Shown here: piece after piece, positions 25,734-33,588 of the stretch
Layout of the letters: the number at the start of each line of letters is the position of its first letter
Numbering within the stretch: position 1 is the stretch's first letter
NCBI GenBank assembly: GCA_002774795.1
Contig: PCYI01000019.1
Span: 65,480 to 108,290, forward strand
DNA length: 42,811 nt
DNA from: Candidatus Vogelbacteria bacterium CG10_big_fil_rev_8_21_14_0_10_51_16
GTDB lineage: Bacteria > Patescibacteriota > Minisyncoccia > Phycocordibacterales > JACRKE01
Direction: 5' to 3'
Position numbers and translations under genes: made by a program
Notes under the pieces: generated by a model
The model's input: the letters and a program-made list of their open reading frames with translations, nothing else
Database searches by the model: none
What the model was told of the DNA's origin: nothing

Positions 25734-27023
25734 TTATTCACTTGACGTGCCAACGGTGGGCAGGCGCCTTATTTTAATGCGCTCAGGCCGTGTCGGGAAA
25801 GTAGACAGCCAGCTTGGACTAAAATCAATATCAGCTCTTACTATGGCCGGAAAACTATTTAAAACTTGTACATAATCAGCCTTTGGTATACCAGCAAGAG
25901 AAGCTTGAAGGTAAGATTGATCTAGATTGTAAGCAATATTAAGAGGGCCTTCTAAGCGGAAAAGCAAACTTTTTGCGCTCGCTATATCCTCTACCTGGCT
26001 TAAAAGAGAAAACCGCAAGGATGCAAGGTCTGCTGATTCTAATTGCTCGCCCTTATAATCTGGAATCTTTTTTTCCGCGATGTTTTTAAGTAGTTCGGCT
26101 TTATTAATTAGAATGGCCGTTAAGGTGCCGCCTCTACTCACCTTGACCGAGTTCGCTCCCGGGGTGTGTCTGGCGTCTTGGTCAACCGAAACAAATATTC
26201 CTTGCTCATATGTTAAGTAGCCTTCCGGGAGCTGTGCTTCTGCTTGTGTTAGTAGGGCATTTTTAAGCTTCTCTTCGAGTTTGGTTTCGGCACTTAAAAT
26301 TTCGACTTCTCCCGCGACAAGCTCTTCACCAATAAAACCCCCGCTAAACTCCGTTTTTGATCTAGCAAATATGGTTGATTGTCTGGGGGTCCCCTTGAAG
26401 CCCGGTATTGTAAGATCGCGCAAACCAAGATTGTACTCTTCTCCGGGAAGGTCTGCGAAGACGCGCACTGTAAGCGCCCCGGGAACCAGCTTGCCTTCTG
26501 TGACAGTGGCGCCTGGCACATTAACATCGCGGTCAAGGCGATATATCTTCCCCTCCGGTGTTTCAAAGCGCGTTCGGGCTATTAGTTGCTGAGGCTTCTC
26601 GTCGTGTTTGTTGTAAATTATAATCTCTCCTGAGGCTTTTCTAGATACCTGCTTTTTTTCGGTGGCGGGCACATCCGTGTTTTCCTCAACCCGAATAGTC
26701 ATTGTTTTCAGTGGTATGGTGCCGGCTGTCTGCTCTTTTGAAAGGGTAAAAGTGTCTTTGAGAGTTATGTTGGCGTCATGGACGACAATTCCTACTGTTG
26801 CATAAGAAAAAAATGACATGCCATAACCAACAGTAACCAGTAAAAAAAAGATCGCAGTGACCCAAATCCAAATACGTCGTTTTACGCGCAGGGGCGCGTG
26901 TTTAAGGGGTGGCGTACCTGAGTCTGTGTGGTCGCTCTGATTTTTGTGGGAACGATTATGGAGAGAAGCGATGAGCTCCTCCTTTCTTTTTGGGATGATG
27001 ATGTCTTGGCCCACGTGTTTCAT
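25734..27023 (-). CDS. Hypothetical single-pass membrane protein, 429 aa, with a large extracytoplasmic domain
   Basis: Long ORF with one TM segment (IWIWVTAIFFLLVTVGYGMSFF) after a 60-aa basic N-terminus. I recognise no motif. Confidence 0.6.
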   Translation of the reverse strand: MKHVGQDIIIPKRKEELIASLHNRSHKNQSDHTDSGTPPLKHAPLRVKRRIWIWVTAIFFLLVTVGYGMSFFSYATVGIVVHDANITLKDTFTLSKEQTAGTIPLKTMTIRVEENTDVPATEKKQVSRKASGEIIIYNKHDEKPQQLIARTRFETPEGKIYRLDRDVNVPGATVTEGKLVPGALTVRVFADLPGEEYNLGLRDLTIPGFKGTPRQSTIFARSKTEFSGGFIGEELVAGEVEILSAETKLEEKLKNALLTQAEAQLPEGYLTYEQGIFVSVDQDARHTPGANSVKVSRGGTLTAILINKAELLKNIAEKKIPDYKGEQLESADLASLRFSLLSQVEDIASAKSLLFRLEGPLNIAYNLDQSYLQASLAGIPKADYVQVLNSFPAIVRADIDFSPSWLSTFPTRPERIKIRRLPTVGTSSE

Positions 27024-27130
27024 AGGTGAAAGAAGTAGAAGGGAGTAAATAGTAAGTAGTAAGTAGGCATGACTAGTTAGGAAGTAGGTTCTATGAGTTC
27101 TGGGAGAATTGAATCAGAGTTTCCTAATTC

Positions 27131-28249
27131 CTACTGCCTAGCTTTCATTATACCAGAAAATATGCTTGCAAGCATGATGTAGGGGTCTCTTGTCGCGTCT
27201 CCGTTGTGTCGACAGAATGTAGACATTGCTTCAGAGGTTAGGAAGCGTACGTCGAAACCAAGGGATTGGTTTGCTTGCATTGACGCAAAAAGCGTTCTAA
27301 GGACCGGATCGGCGAGGACAAGAAGGGGGATGCGTGATAAATCTGGCACCCCTTCTCTTTTCGTCAGGAAGTTATGCAGGCTCTTTTTTACATGGGCAAT
27401 GGGACGATCAGAGTTTCGCAATATATCTTTGTCCCAGTCTACAGCTAAACGTTCCAGTTTGGTCTTTGCTAGTCCGGGACTAAGCGCGAGTTCCCTTCCA
27501 ATGGCGCGAATGAGATGGTTGCCCCCAAGCGGAGCAGACTCTACGCAACGTATTGCCCCGTCGTACACAGAGACCATCTCTGCCACTTCCCCACCCCACT
27601 CTAAGTAACGAAAGTTCTCCAGATTCATTGCGTGCCTAATTGCGGTTGTGGCAGCAAAAGGAAAGGTGTGGAAAAGTACGGGGCGTTCGTGAAAAACCGG
27701 CTCTAGAGCGGCCCGCAAGGCCTCGTCTGTTTGCTGATCTATAAGGCTGACAAATACCGTACCAGAGATAGTGTCCGCACGTTTTCCTAGGGGATACTGG
27801 ACGCGATATCCATTTATGCGAACATCGTCTAGTGTCGCTTCGAGAACAATGCCCCTCTTTTGCTCAATTACAAAAAGCTTCTTGGCCTCTTCAAGCAAGC
27901 TGTCTATTAACTTCTTTGTGACAATGGTGCTATCTAGATTCTCTCGGGTGATGGTTTTCGCACTGCTCACCGCAAGAAGTGGAGAGATGGTGGCAATGAT
28001 GCGGTCTGGTGGGGGCAAACCTAAGCGCACCAAGCTCTCTGCGGAGGTACGCAGTGATTTCGTAGCGGATTTAAGGTAGCGTTTGGGCTCAAAAGAGTCT
28101 TGAAAAACAATAGCTTCGCGGGCTGTGTGTAGGATGACCGGTAAATTATCAGCCGGATGCGTGACGCGCGCGCCAATTACACGCGAACTACCTATGTCTA
28201 AAAGAAGTGTGCTTCGAGGGCTTGTTTGCTTGCGTGAAAAGAGCGACAT
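27131..28249 (-). CDS. Actin-fold ATPase-like protein (PilM/FtsA-like)
   Basis: 372 aa. N-terminal LLLDIGSSRVIGARV phosphate-1-like motif, later WGGEVAEMVSVYDG and PLGGNHLIRAIG blocks in actin-fold order. Confidence 0.55.
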   Translation of the reverse strand: MSLFSRKQTSPRSTLLLDIGSSRVIGARVTHPADNLPVILHTAREAIVFQDSFEPKRYLKSATKSLRTSAESLVRLGLPPPDRIIATISPLLAVSSAKTITRENLDSTIVTKKLIDSLLEEAKKLFVIEQKRGIVLEATLDDVRINGYRVQYPLGKRADTISGTVFVSLIDQQTDEALRAALEPVFHERPVLFHTFPFAATTAIRHAMNLENFRYLEWGGEVAEMVSVYDGAIRCVESAPLGGNHLIRAIGRELALSPGLAKTKLERLAVDWDKDILRNSDRPIAHVKKSLHNFLTKREGVPDLSRIPLLVLADPVLRTLFASMQANQSLGFDVRFLTSEAMSTFCRHNGDATRDPYIMLASIFSGIMKARQ

Positions 28250-28299
28250 GATAGAGGTATTATATCATGCGCAAATAGTAGATAACTAGCCACTACGGC

Positions 28300-30207
28300 C
28301 TAATGAGTGTCAGTCACTTTTGCAAGACTTGCTTTTATGCGACGAACTCCTGCCGCTACCGCCTCTTCTTTGATTATTTTAAATACGCCACCTCGCTCAA
28401 TCTCCTCGGTGTTGGTTACATGTGGGCCACCACAGTACTCAATGGAAAAGGCCTTCGCGATCTTCGGGTCGTCGGCTGTTGCGTCTTTGGGTCCGACCGA
28501 ATAGACAGACACCATGTCTGGGTAGTCGGCGTTAAACTCATGCTCTGCGCCAAATTGCTCCGCCTCCTCTTTTTTCATTATCGTCTTTGTTACCGGTAAG
28601 CGGGCACTTATCTGCTCGTTCACGATCTCCTCCACTCGCCTTTTTTCTTCATCAGTCATCTTATGTGGACTTGCGAAATCGATGCGGAGGCGCTCGGCCG
28701 TGATATTTGAGCCACGCTGGTGTACTTCCGGCCCCAAGACCATCTGCAAGGCCTTCAAGAGGATGTGGTGGGTGGTGTGGTAGCGCACCGTTTGCTCGGA
28801 GTGGTCGGCCAGTCCCCCCTTAAACTTCTGCCCAGCACCGGCCCGCGAAAGATCCTGGTGCGCTTTCATGGCTTCCTCATACCCTGTCCTATCGACAGTC
28901 ATGTCCTGTTCACGAGCAAGCTCTTCGGTAATCTCCACAGGGAAACCGTATGTTGTAAACAAAACAAAGGCATCTTGCCCAGAAACGGTTGTGCCCGAAA
29001 GTTGCTGAAAGTGCTTTAGGCCCCGAGCGATCGTCTCGCGGAATTTTGTTTCCTCATCAGCGATTGTGCTGACGATGCTATCTTGCTTGGCAAGAACATA
29101 ATCGTACACACCAGCAAACGGCGCGAGTGCAAAGGGAGCAATCTCGTGTAGCGTTCCAGCCGGGAGCCCAAGGACATCTGCGTAGCGCACCGCGCGACGA
29201 ATGAGGCGACGGACAAAGTAGCCCTGTTCGCTATTGCTTGGGAGGATCGAGTCACCGATCATTTGCGTCGCACCACGAAGATGGTCGGCAATAATGCGCA
29301 TTGCCTTTTCGTTCCCAACATAGGGCTTACCTGAGCGACGTTCAAGTTCTTGCATGACGCCCTGGAAAAGATCGGTACGAAAGACATCCGGAGAATCTAG
29401 CGCGGCTGCGTAAATGCGTTCAAGACCGCCACCGAAGTCGATGTTTGCTTTTGGAAGTTTTACAAAACCATGTGCGGTTTTGCGATACTCCATAAACACA
29501 TTGTTGCCGATTTCCATAAAGCGCCCACAATCGCAGTTAACGTGGCAGTTCGCTCCCCACTTTGGGTCGTGTGGTGTGCTGAAGTCATAAAACATTTCGG
29601 AGTCGGGTCCCCCAGGCTCACCGACGGGCATGTTGGCGGGGACACCCGCGCGACTCCACCAATTTTTCTTTGCTTCGTAGGAAAAGATGCGAGCATCACC
29701 CATGCCTTTTGTGTACCCATCCGCATCGTTGCCGACGTCCATGAACTTTGCCTCAATCCCCTTTTTTTTAAAAAGATCCTGCCAGAGAATAACGGCTGTC
29801 TCGTCTTTGGGCACACCGATGGTAGGGTCGCCAATAAAGACGCTGACATACAGACGCTCTGGATCGATACCAAGCACATCAATCAAGAACTCGAACATCC
29901 ATTCGACCTGCTCCTTACGTCCATAGTCGCCGAGCGACCAGTTTCCCAGCATTTCGAAAAACGTCGTGTGGCGATTGTCGCCGATCTCTTCAATATCCTC
30001 AGCACGAAAACATCGCTGGCTGTCCACGAGACGTGTTCCTTTAGGGTGCGCCTCACCCAGAAGGTAAGGAATCATCGGCTGCATGCCCGATCCAGTAAAA
30101 AGCGTGGTCGGGTCGTTTTCCGGCACGATAGGGGCAGACGGAATAACCGCGTGGCCGCGCTCGCGGAAAAAGTCTAGGTACTTTTGGCGTATTTCTTTGG
30201 AGGTCAT
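28300..30207 (-). CDS. alaS: Alanyl-tRNA synthetase, short form lacking the C-terminal C-Ala domain
   Basis: 635 aa. N-terminus MTSKEIRQKYLDFFRERGHAVIPSAPIVPENDPTTLFTGSGMQ. Editing-domain HTTHHIL (HxxxH) and CGGPHV (CxxxH) motifs. Confidence 0.93.
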   Translation of the reverse strand: MTSKEIRQKYLDFFRERGHAVIPSAPIVPENDPTTLFTGSGMQPMIPYLLGEAHPKGTRLVDSQRCFRAEDIEEIGDNRHTTFFEMLGNWSLGDYGRKEQVEWMFEFLIDVLGIDPERLYVSVFIGDPTIGVPKDETAVILWQDLFKKKGIEAKFMDVGNDADGYTKGMGDARIFSYEAKKNWWSRAGVPANMPVGEPGGPDSEMFYDFSTPHDPKWGANCHVNCDCGRFMEIGNNVFMEYRKTAHGFVKLPKANIDFGGGLERIYAAALDSPDVFRTDLFQGVMQELERRSGKPYVGNEKAMRIIADHLRGATQMIGDSILPSNSEQGYFVRRLIRRAVRYADVLGLPAGTLHEIAPFALAPFAGVYDYVLAKQDSIVSTIADEETKFRETIARGLKHFQQLSGTTVSGQDAFVLFTTYGFPVEITEELAREQDMTVDRTGYEEAMKAHQDLSRAGAGQKFKGGLADHSEQTVRYHTTHHILLKALQMVLGPEVHQRGSNITAERLRIDFASPHKMTDEEKRRVEEIVNEQISARLPVTKTIMKKEEAEQFGAEHEFNADYPDMVSVYSVGPKDATADDPKIAKAFSIEYCGGPHVTNTEEIERGGVFKIIKEEAVAAGVRRIKASLAKVTDTH

Positions 30208-30312
30208 GTGATTATCCTAGCGTACTTGCTCTTAAAAATGAAGTATAATTTGATTGCGGGCAGTTATTTTTTAATGCTTCCGCTACGTTTTGGTCCTCGC
30301 TGGTATCCTCTA

Positions 30313-30350
30313 CCCAACGGCTCAACGACGAGAGCCGTTGAGCCGTTGGG
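30313..30350. repeat. Near-perfect palindrome with 14-bp arms between alaS and cassette 2
   Basis: CCCAACGGCTCAAC gacgagagcc GTTGAGCCGTTGGG. Confidence 0.75.
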
Positions 30351-30502
30351 TAATGAGACAAGCCTCCCACGATATTCCGCTTGACTTGCTTCAAGCCACA
30401 CCTCACTCCTTGATTCCTTTGGTTACGGTGGAAGCAAAAGTATGGTTTTATGGAAATCGGCTACAGGTCTATCACAAATTACGAATTGGAAGGAGGAAGG
30501 CA

Positions 30503-30826
30503 GTGGCTGGTGAAATTGTCGTAACTTTGAACGAGGGAGCTAGGATGCCCTCTCTTCGAGTGATTCAGCGCCTTCTTGGTGATTATTACAAGGAGTTAGC
30601 CAAGGTGACTCGCCCGAAGAAGAGAAAAGGAGTGGTGTCGTGTAAGCTCCACAAGACCCCTTCGATGCCAATCGTTAGGGCTTCGGCGATCGACCTGTCC
30701 AGATGGCTTACTCGTGGCTATGAGATTTTGTTGAATAACCACGAGAGGTACATCCTATTCTCCACCGAGGTAAGCGACCCATGCACGAGGGCGACCGCCC
30801 TTGGTTTTGCTCGTTTTCTATGCTAG
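30503..30826 (+). CDS. Hypothetical protein, about 107 aa (cassette 2, gene 1); alternative start ATG at 30545
   Basis: GGAAGGAGGAAGG lies just upstream of the GTG at 30503. GAGGGAG lies 5 nt upstream of the ATG at 30545. The 5' part of the 178-aa track ORF crosses a palindrome and looks non-coding. Confidence 0.45.
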   Translation: MAGEIVVTLNEGARMPSLRVIQRLLGDYYKELAKVTRPKKRKGVVSCKLHKTPSMPIVRASAIDLSRWLTRGYEILLNNHERYILFSTEVSDPCTRATALGFARFLC

Positions 30827-30864
30827 TGTGTTTTCGCAGGAAATGCGACACTGGAGGAGTGTAG

Positions 30865-31074
30865 ATGAGGCGAACGACGGGAAGCTGTCTAATAACGCTC
30901 GTGGCCGGGGTGCTCGGAGGAGCGAGCTTTTTGCTCCTTCTCCTTGCGCTCTTGTCTCGGGCACCGAACCAAGAACCGTTCACAAACCTGATTGTCGCGC
31001 TCCGCTCTTGGGGCGTGTTCTGGGGCAGCCTCGGCTGTGTGAGCGCCACGGCGCTCGCGTTCGTCGAACTGTGA
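30865..31074 (+). CDS. Hypothetical small membrane protein, 69 aa, two predicted TM helices (cassette 2, gene 2)
   Basis: GGAGGAG lies 5 nt upstream of the ATG. Hydrophobic stretches are LITLVAGVLGGASFLLLLLALL and WGVFWGSLGCVSATALAFV. Confidence 0.6.
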   Translation: MRRTTGSCLITLVAGVLGGASFLLLLLALLSRAPNQEPFTNLIVALRSWGVFWGSLGCVSATALAFVEL

Positions 31075-31087
31075 TGAGGAGGCAGGA

Positions 31088-31312
31088 ATGATTCCGAAAA
31101 GGTGCTTCATGGTCTCAATGGCCTATTTCATTTTCAACGCATGGTTCGGCCTCTACGCACACGATGTCATCGGACACCCTGCGCCTGGGGTCTGCCCGAA
31201 ACTGCTCGATGGCCACTGCGATTTCTCGTACTTGGCAATGGTCGGAATGATGATGGCGGCCCTTTGGATGCTCATGGACATCAGGCTACTTGGCCGGGAG
31301 GTGAAGTCGTGA
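31088..31312 (+). CDS. Hypothetical small membrane protein, 74 aa, two predicted TM helices (cassette 2, gene 3)
   Basis: GAGGAGG lies 5 nt upstream of the ATG. Hydrophobic stretches are FMVSMAYFIFNAWFGLYA and YLAMVGMMMAALWMLM. The loop is rich in Cys and His. Confidence 0.6.
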   Translation: MIPKRCFMVSMAYFIFNAWFGLYAHDVIGHPAPGVCPKLLDGHCDFSYLAMVGMMMAALWMLMDIRLLGREVKS

Positions 31313-31341
31313 TGACTGATGTTCGCTGAAGGCTGACGAGG

Positions 31342-31542
31342 TTGCGCTTGCGCTACATGGCTGTACGTTGGATCGGGGATGAGCCCGCCAACATGAGCCT
31401 GTCGGAACTGTCGGCGAAGCTGGCCGAAATCGGCCGGCGGCCACTTGCGAACTTCACCGCAGGGCGAGGTGTTGCTTCGGTCGAGCTGGCCTACTACATG
31501 CTCGAGAACGAGCTCAAGGTGCGACGCATACTCGCGCTTTAG
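31342..31542 (+). CDS. Hypothetical protein, 66 aa (cassette 2, gene 4), start uncertain (TTG at 31342 or ATG at 31357)
   Basis: Open frame in the cassette orientation. There is only a weak GAAGG 9 nt upstream of the TTG. Confidence 0.4.
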   Translation: MRLRYMAVRWIGDEPANMSLSELSAKLAEIGRRPLANFTAGRGVASVELAYYMLENELKVRRILAL

Positions 31543-31560
31543 CGAAAGGACGGAGGAACA

Positions 31561-31962
31561 ATGAAGGAGAAGGTTGAGATTTCGGACGCCTCAGAACTTT
31601 ACAGCCAGCTGGTGGAGGCCCTCTACTATCATCTGGTGGATAGAGTCGGGTTCAGGGCCCGGACAGGGCCCAATAGATACAGACAGGAAAATGTGTGGAA
31701 TAGCTTTGACGAAGCAGTCGCACTAGTGGTCAGTTCGGCCACTGAGGAATACGGAAAGAATCGTTTTGCGGAACCGTTGGCACGCAACTCGCGATTTCAG
31801 GTTCTCGGAACACAGAAGTGCGCCGAGGTCATGAACGACGCCATGCGCTCACTGGATTTTCTGGTCGGTACAGCGACACTCATCCGCAACGCCTCGCCCC
31901 ACAGGGCGGTGGCAATCGCCAAGGCCGTCGAAGGTGTACTCGGGATGCGAGTGGTGCGCTAG
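31561..31962 (+). CDS. Hypothetical protein, 133 aa, soluble (cassette 2, gene 5)
   Basis: GGAGG lies 4 nt upstream of the ATG. The gene is followed by a strong terminator. Confidence 0.6.
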   Translation: MKEKVEISDASELYSQLVEALYYHLVDRVGFRARTGPNRYRQENVWNSFDEAVALVVSSATEEYGKNRFAEPLARNSRFQVLGTQKCAEVMNDAMRSLDFLVGTATLIRNASPHRAVAIAKAVEGVLGMRVVR

Positions 31963-32017
31963 TAGCCACTGGGTTGTGTACCCAGCTTCCAACCAGATTC
32001 GATTTTTCAAGGTCGCG

Positions 32018-32082
32018 CGAAAGGCCGTGGTACAAGGTATACCACAAGGCCGACTACCGCGGCCTTTCGTATTTTCTTTTTT
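32018..32082 (+). terminator. Intrinsic terminator closing cassette 2
   Basis: CGAAAGGCCGTGGTA...TACCGCGGCCTTTCG gives a stem of about 15 bp, followed by TATTTTCTTTTTT. Confidence 0.7.
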
Positions 32083-32128
32083 GAATTCACAACTTAGCTG
32101 CGATAGCAGGTAAGTTGTGAATTAGTTT

Positions 32129-33430
32129 TTATGTGATAATGCCACCACCGAGGCACTCGTCACCCTTCTCGTTGTAAAGGACGAGCGACTGGCCAGAGGC
32201 CACCGATTCTTGCGGGTGGTCAAAAAGCACACGGAAACTGGAAGTTGGAAACTGGCTACTGGAGTAAGCACCTTGATTATCCGAGTTTCCGGTTTCCAGT
32301 TTCGAGATTCGGCATTTCTGAAGAGCTTGGCGGTAGCGGATTCTGGCTTGGTAAGTTTTTTTTGAATCTGGCGCTTCGCCCCGAGACCAGTTTGTCTGCT
32401 CAAGTACACAAGCCAGACTTGTGTACTCACTTGGACGCGCCGCGTCCAAGTGAGTTGCCGCATACTGGGTATGAGTGTCGGATGTTGGATGTTCGGCACT
32501 TTCCCTGTGTGCGACAACTAATTGATTCTTTTCTAGGTCTTTAGCTACTACATAGTAGGGACTGTCTGTTGGGGTTTTCTTGGTGATAGTAAAGCCGCGG
32601 CGCTCGCCGATGGTGTAGAAAGTGACGCCTTCGTGGTGGCCTATTACCTCTCCTTTCTCGTTCACCACTTCACCGGGCACTTCTTTGATGTAATGTTTCA
32701 AAAACTCCTTCATGTCGAGCTTGCCTAGAAAGCACACTCCTTGCGAGTCTTTCTTTTCAGCCACCGACAGGCCAAATCGCCGCGCCTCGTCGCGCACTTG
32801 CGGCTTAGTGAGATGCCCGATGGGAAAGAGGGTACGGGAGAGTTGTGCTTGGGTGAGCGTCCAGAGGAAGTAGGATTGGTCTTTTGCGGCGTCTACACCA
32901 CAAAGGAGGGCGTAGGGCGTAGGGCGTAGGGCGTAGGAACTCTGAGTCTGGATCCCGGCCTGCGCCGGGATGACAGAATTCCTGAATTCTGAGTCATTTG
33001 GAGTTTTGTGTTCTTTGTGATTTGTGTTTTGCCGTACTCGGCTGTAGTGTCCCGTGGCGATAAAATCGGCTTCCATTGCGACGGACCTTTTCAAGAACGC
33101 GTCAAACTTCACAAACTTGTTACACATGACGTCTGGGTTCGGGACTCGGCCTCGGCGGTACTCATCGATCATGTAGTCGACCACGTGCTGTTTGTACTCT
33201 TGGGTAAAGTCGAAGGTGTGGAAAGGAATCCCCAAGTGGGCGGCCACGCGTATAGCATCGCGCCTTTCTTCCGGCCACGCGCAAGGCAACCAGTCTGGCG
33301 ACCAGACCTTCATAAAGATGCCTGTCACTTCATAGCCCACTTCTTTAAGCAGGGCAGCCGAGACGGCGGAGTCCACTCCCCCAGACAAAGCCACGAAAAC
33401 ACGTGGCTTTGTCTGGGGGACAATTGACAT
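32129..33430 (-). CDS. mnmA: tRNA 2-thiouridine(34) synthase MnmA carrying several in-frame repeat-derived insertions
   Basis: PP-loop VALSGGVDSAV, ATGHYSR, KDQSYFLW, RIRYRQ and C-terminal SGQSLVLY..CLGGGII blocks. Start moved to the ATG at 33430 (MSIVPQTKPRVF); the upstream track codons translate CAATTGACA repeat DNA. Confidence 0.88.
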   Translation of the reverse strand: MSIVPQTKPRVFVALSGGVDSAVSAALLKEVGYEVTGIFMKVWSPDWLPCAWPEERRDAIRVAAHLGIPFHTFDFTQEYKQHVVDYMIDEYRRGRVPNPDVMCNKFVKFDAFLKRSVAMEADFIATGHYSRVRQNTNHKEHKTPNDSEFRNSVIPAQAGIQTQSSYALRPTPYALLCGVDAAKDQSYFLWTLTQAQLSRTLFPIGHLTKPQVRDEARRFGLSVAEKKDSQGVCFLGKLDMKEFLKHYIKEVPGEVVNEKGEVIGHHEGVTFYTIGERRGFTITKKTPTDSPYYVVAKDLEKNQLVVAHRESAEHPTSDTHTQYAATHLDAARPSEYTSLACVLEQTNWSRGEAPDSKKTYQARIRYRQALQKCRISKLETGNSDNQGAYSSSQFPTSSFRVLFDHPQESVASGQSLVLYNEKGDECLGGGIIT

Positions 33431-33570
33431 TTGACAATTGACATTTGACTTTATGTTCATAACTCATAGAGTCTACACGTGGAACTGTTTTTGTCCATTT
33501 GGCATCCGTGAACAAATTACGAAACTGGATTGAGCCCTCGGTCAATTGTCAGTTGTTAGTTGTCAATTGT
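33419..33570. repeat. Inverted CAATTGACA-word repeats flanking the mnmA 5' region
   Basis: GACAATTGACATTTGACAATTGACATTTGAC (33419-33449), opposed by GTCAATTGTCAGTTGTTAGTTGTCAATTGT (33541-33570). Confidence 0.7.
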
Positions 33571-33588
33571 GCGCAACAAACAACCTCA

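Noticed and set aside
32129-33430. mnmA considered as a pseudogene disrupted by repeat insertions.
   Set aside because: The reading frame is continuous through all inserts. Every conserved MnmA block I know is present and in order. Intact with in-frame insertions is the simpler reading, but this needs confirmation.
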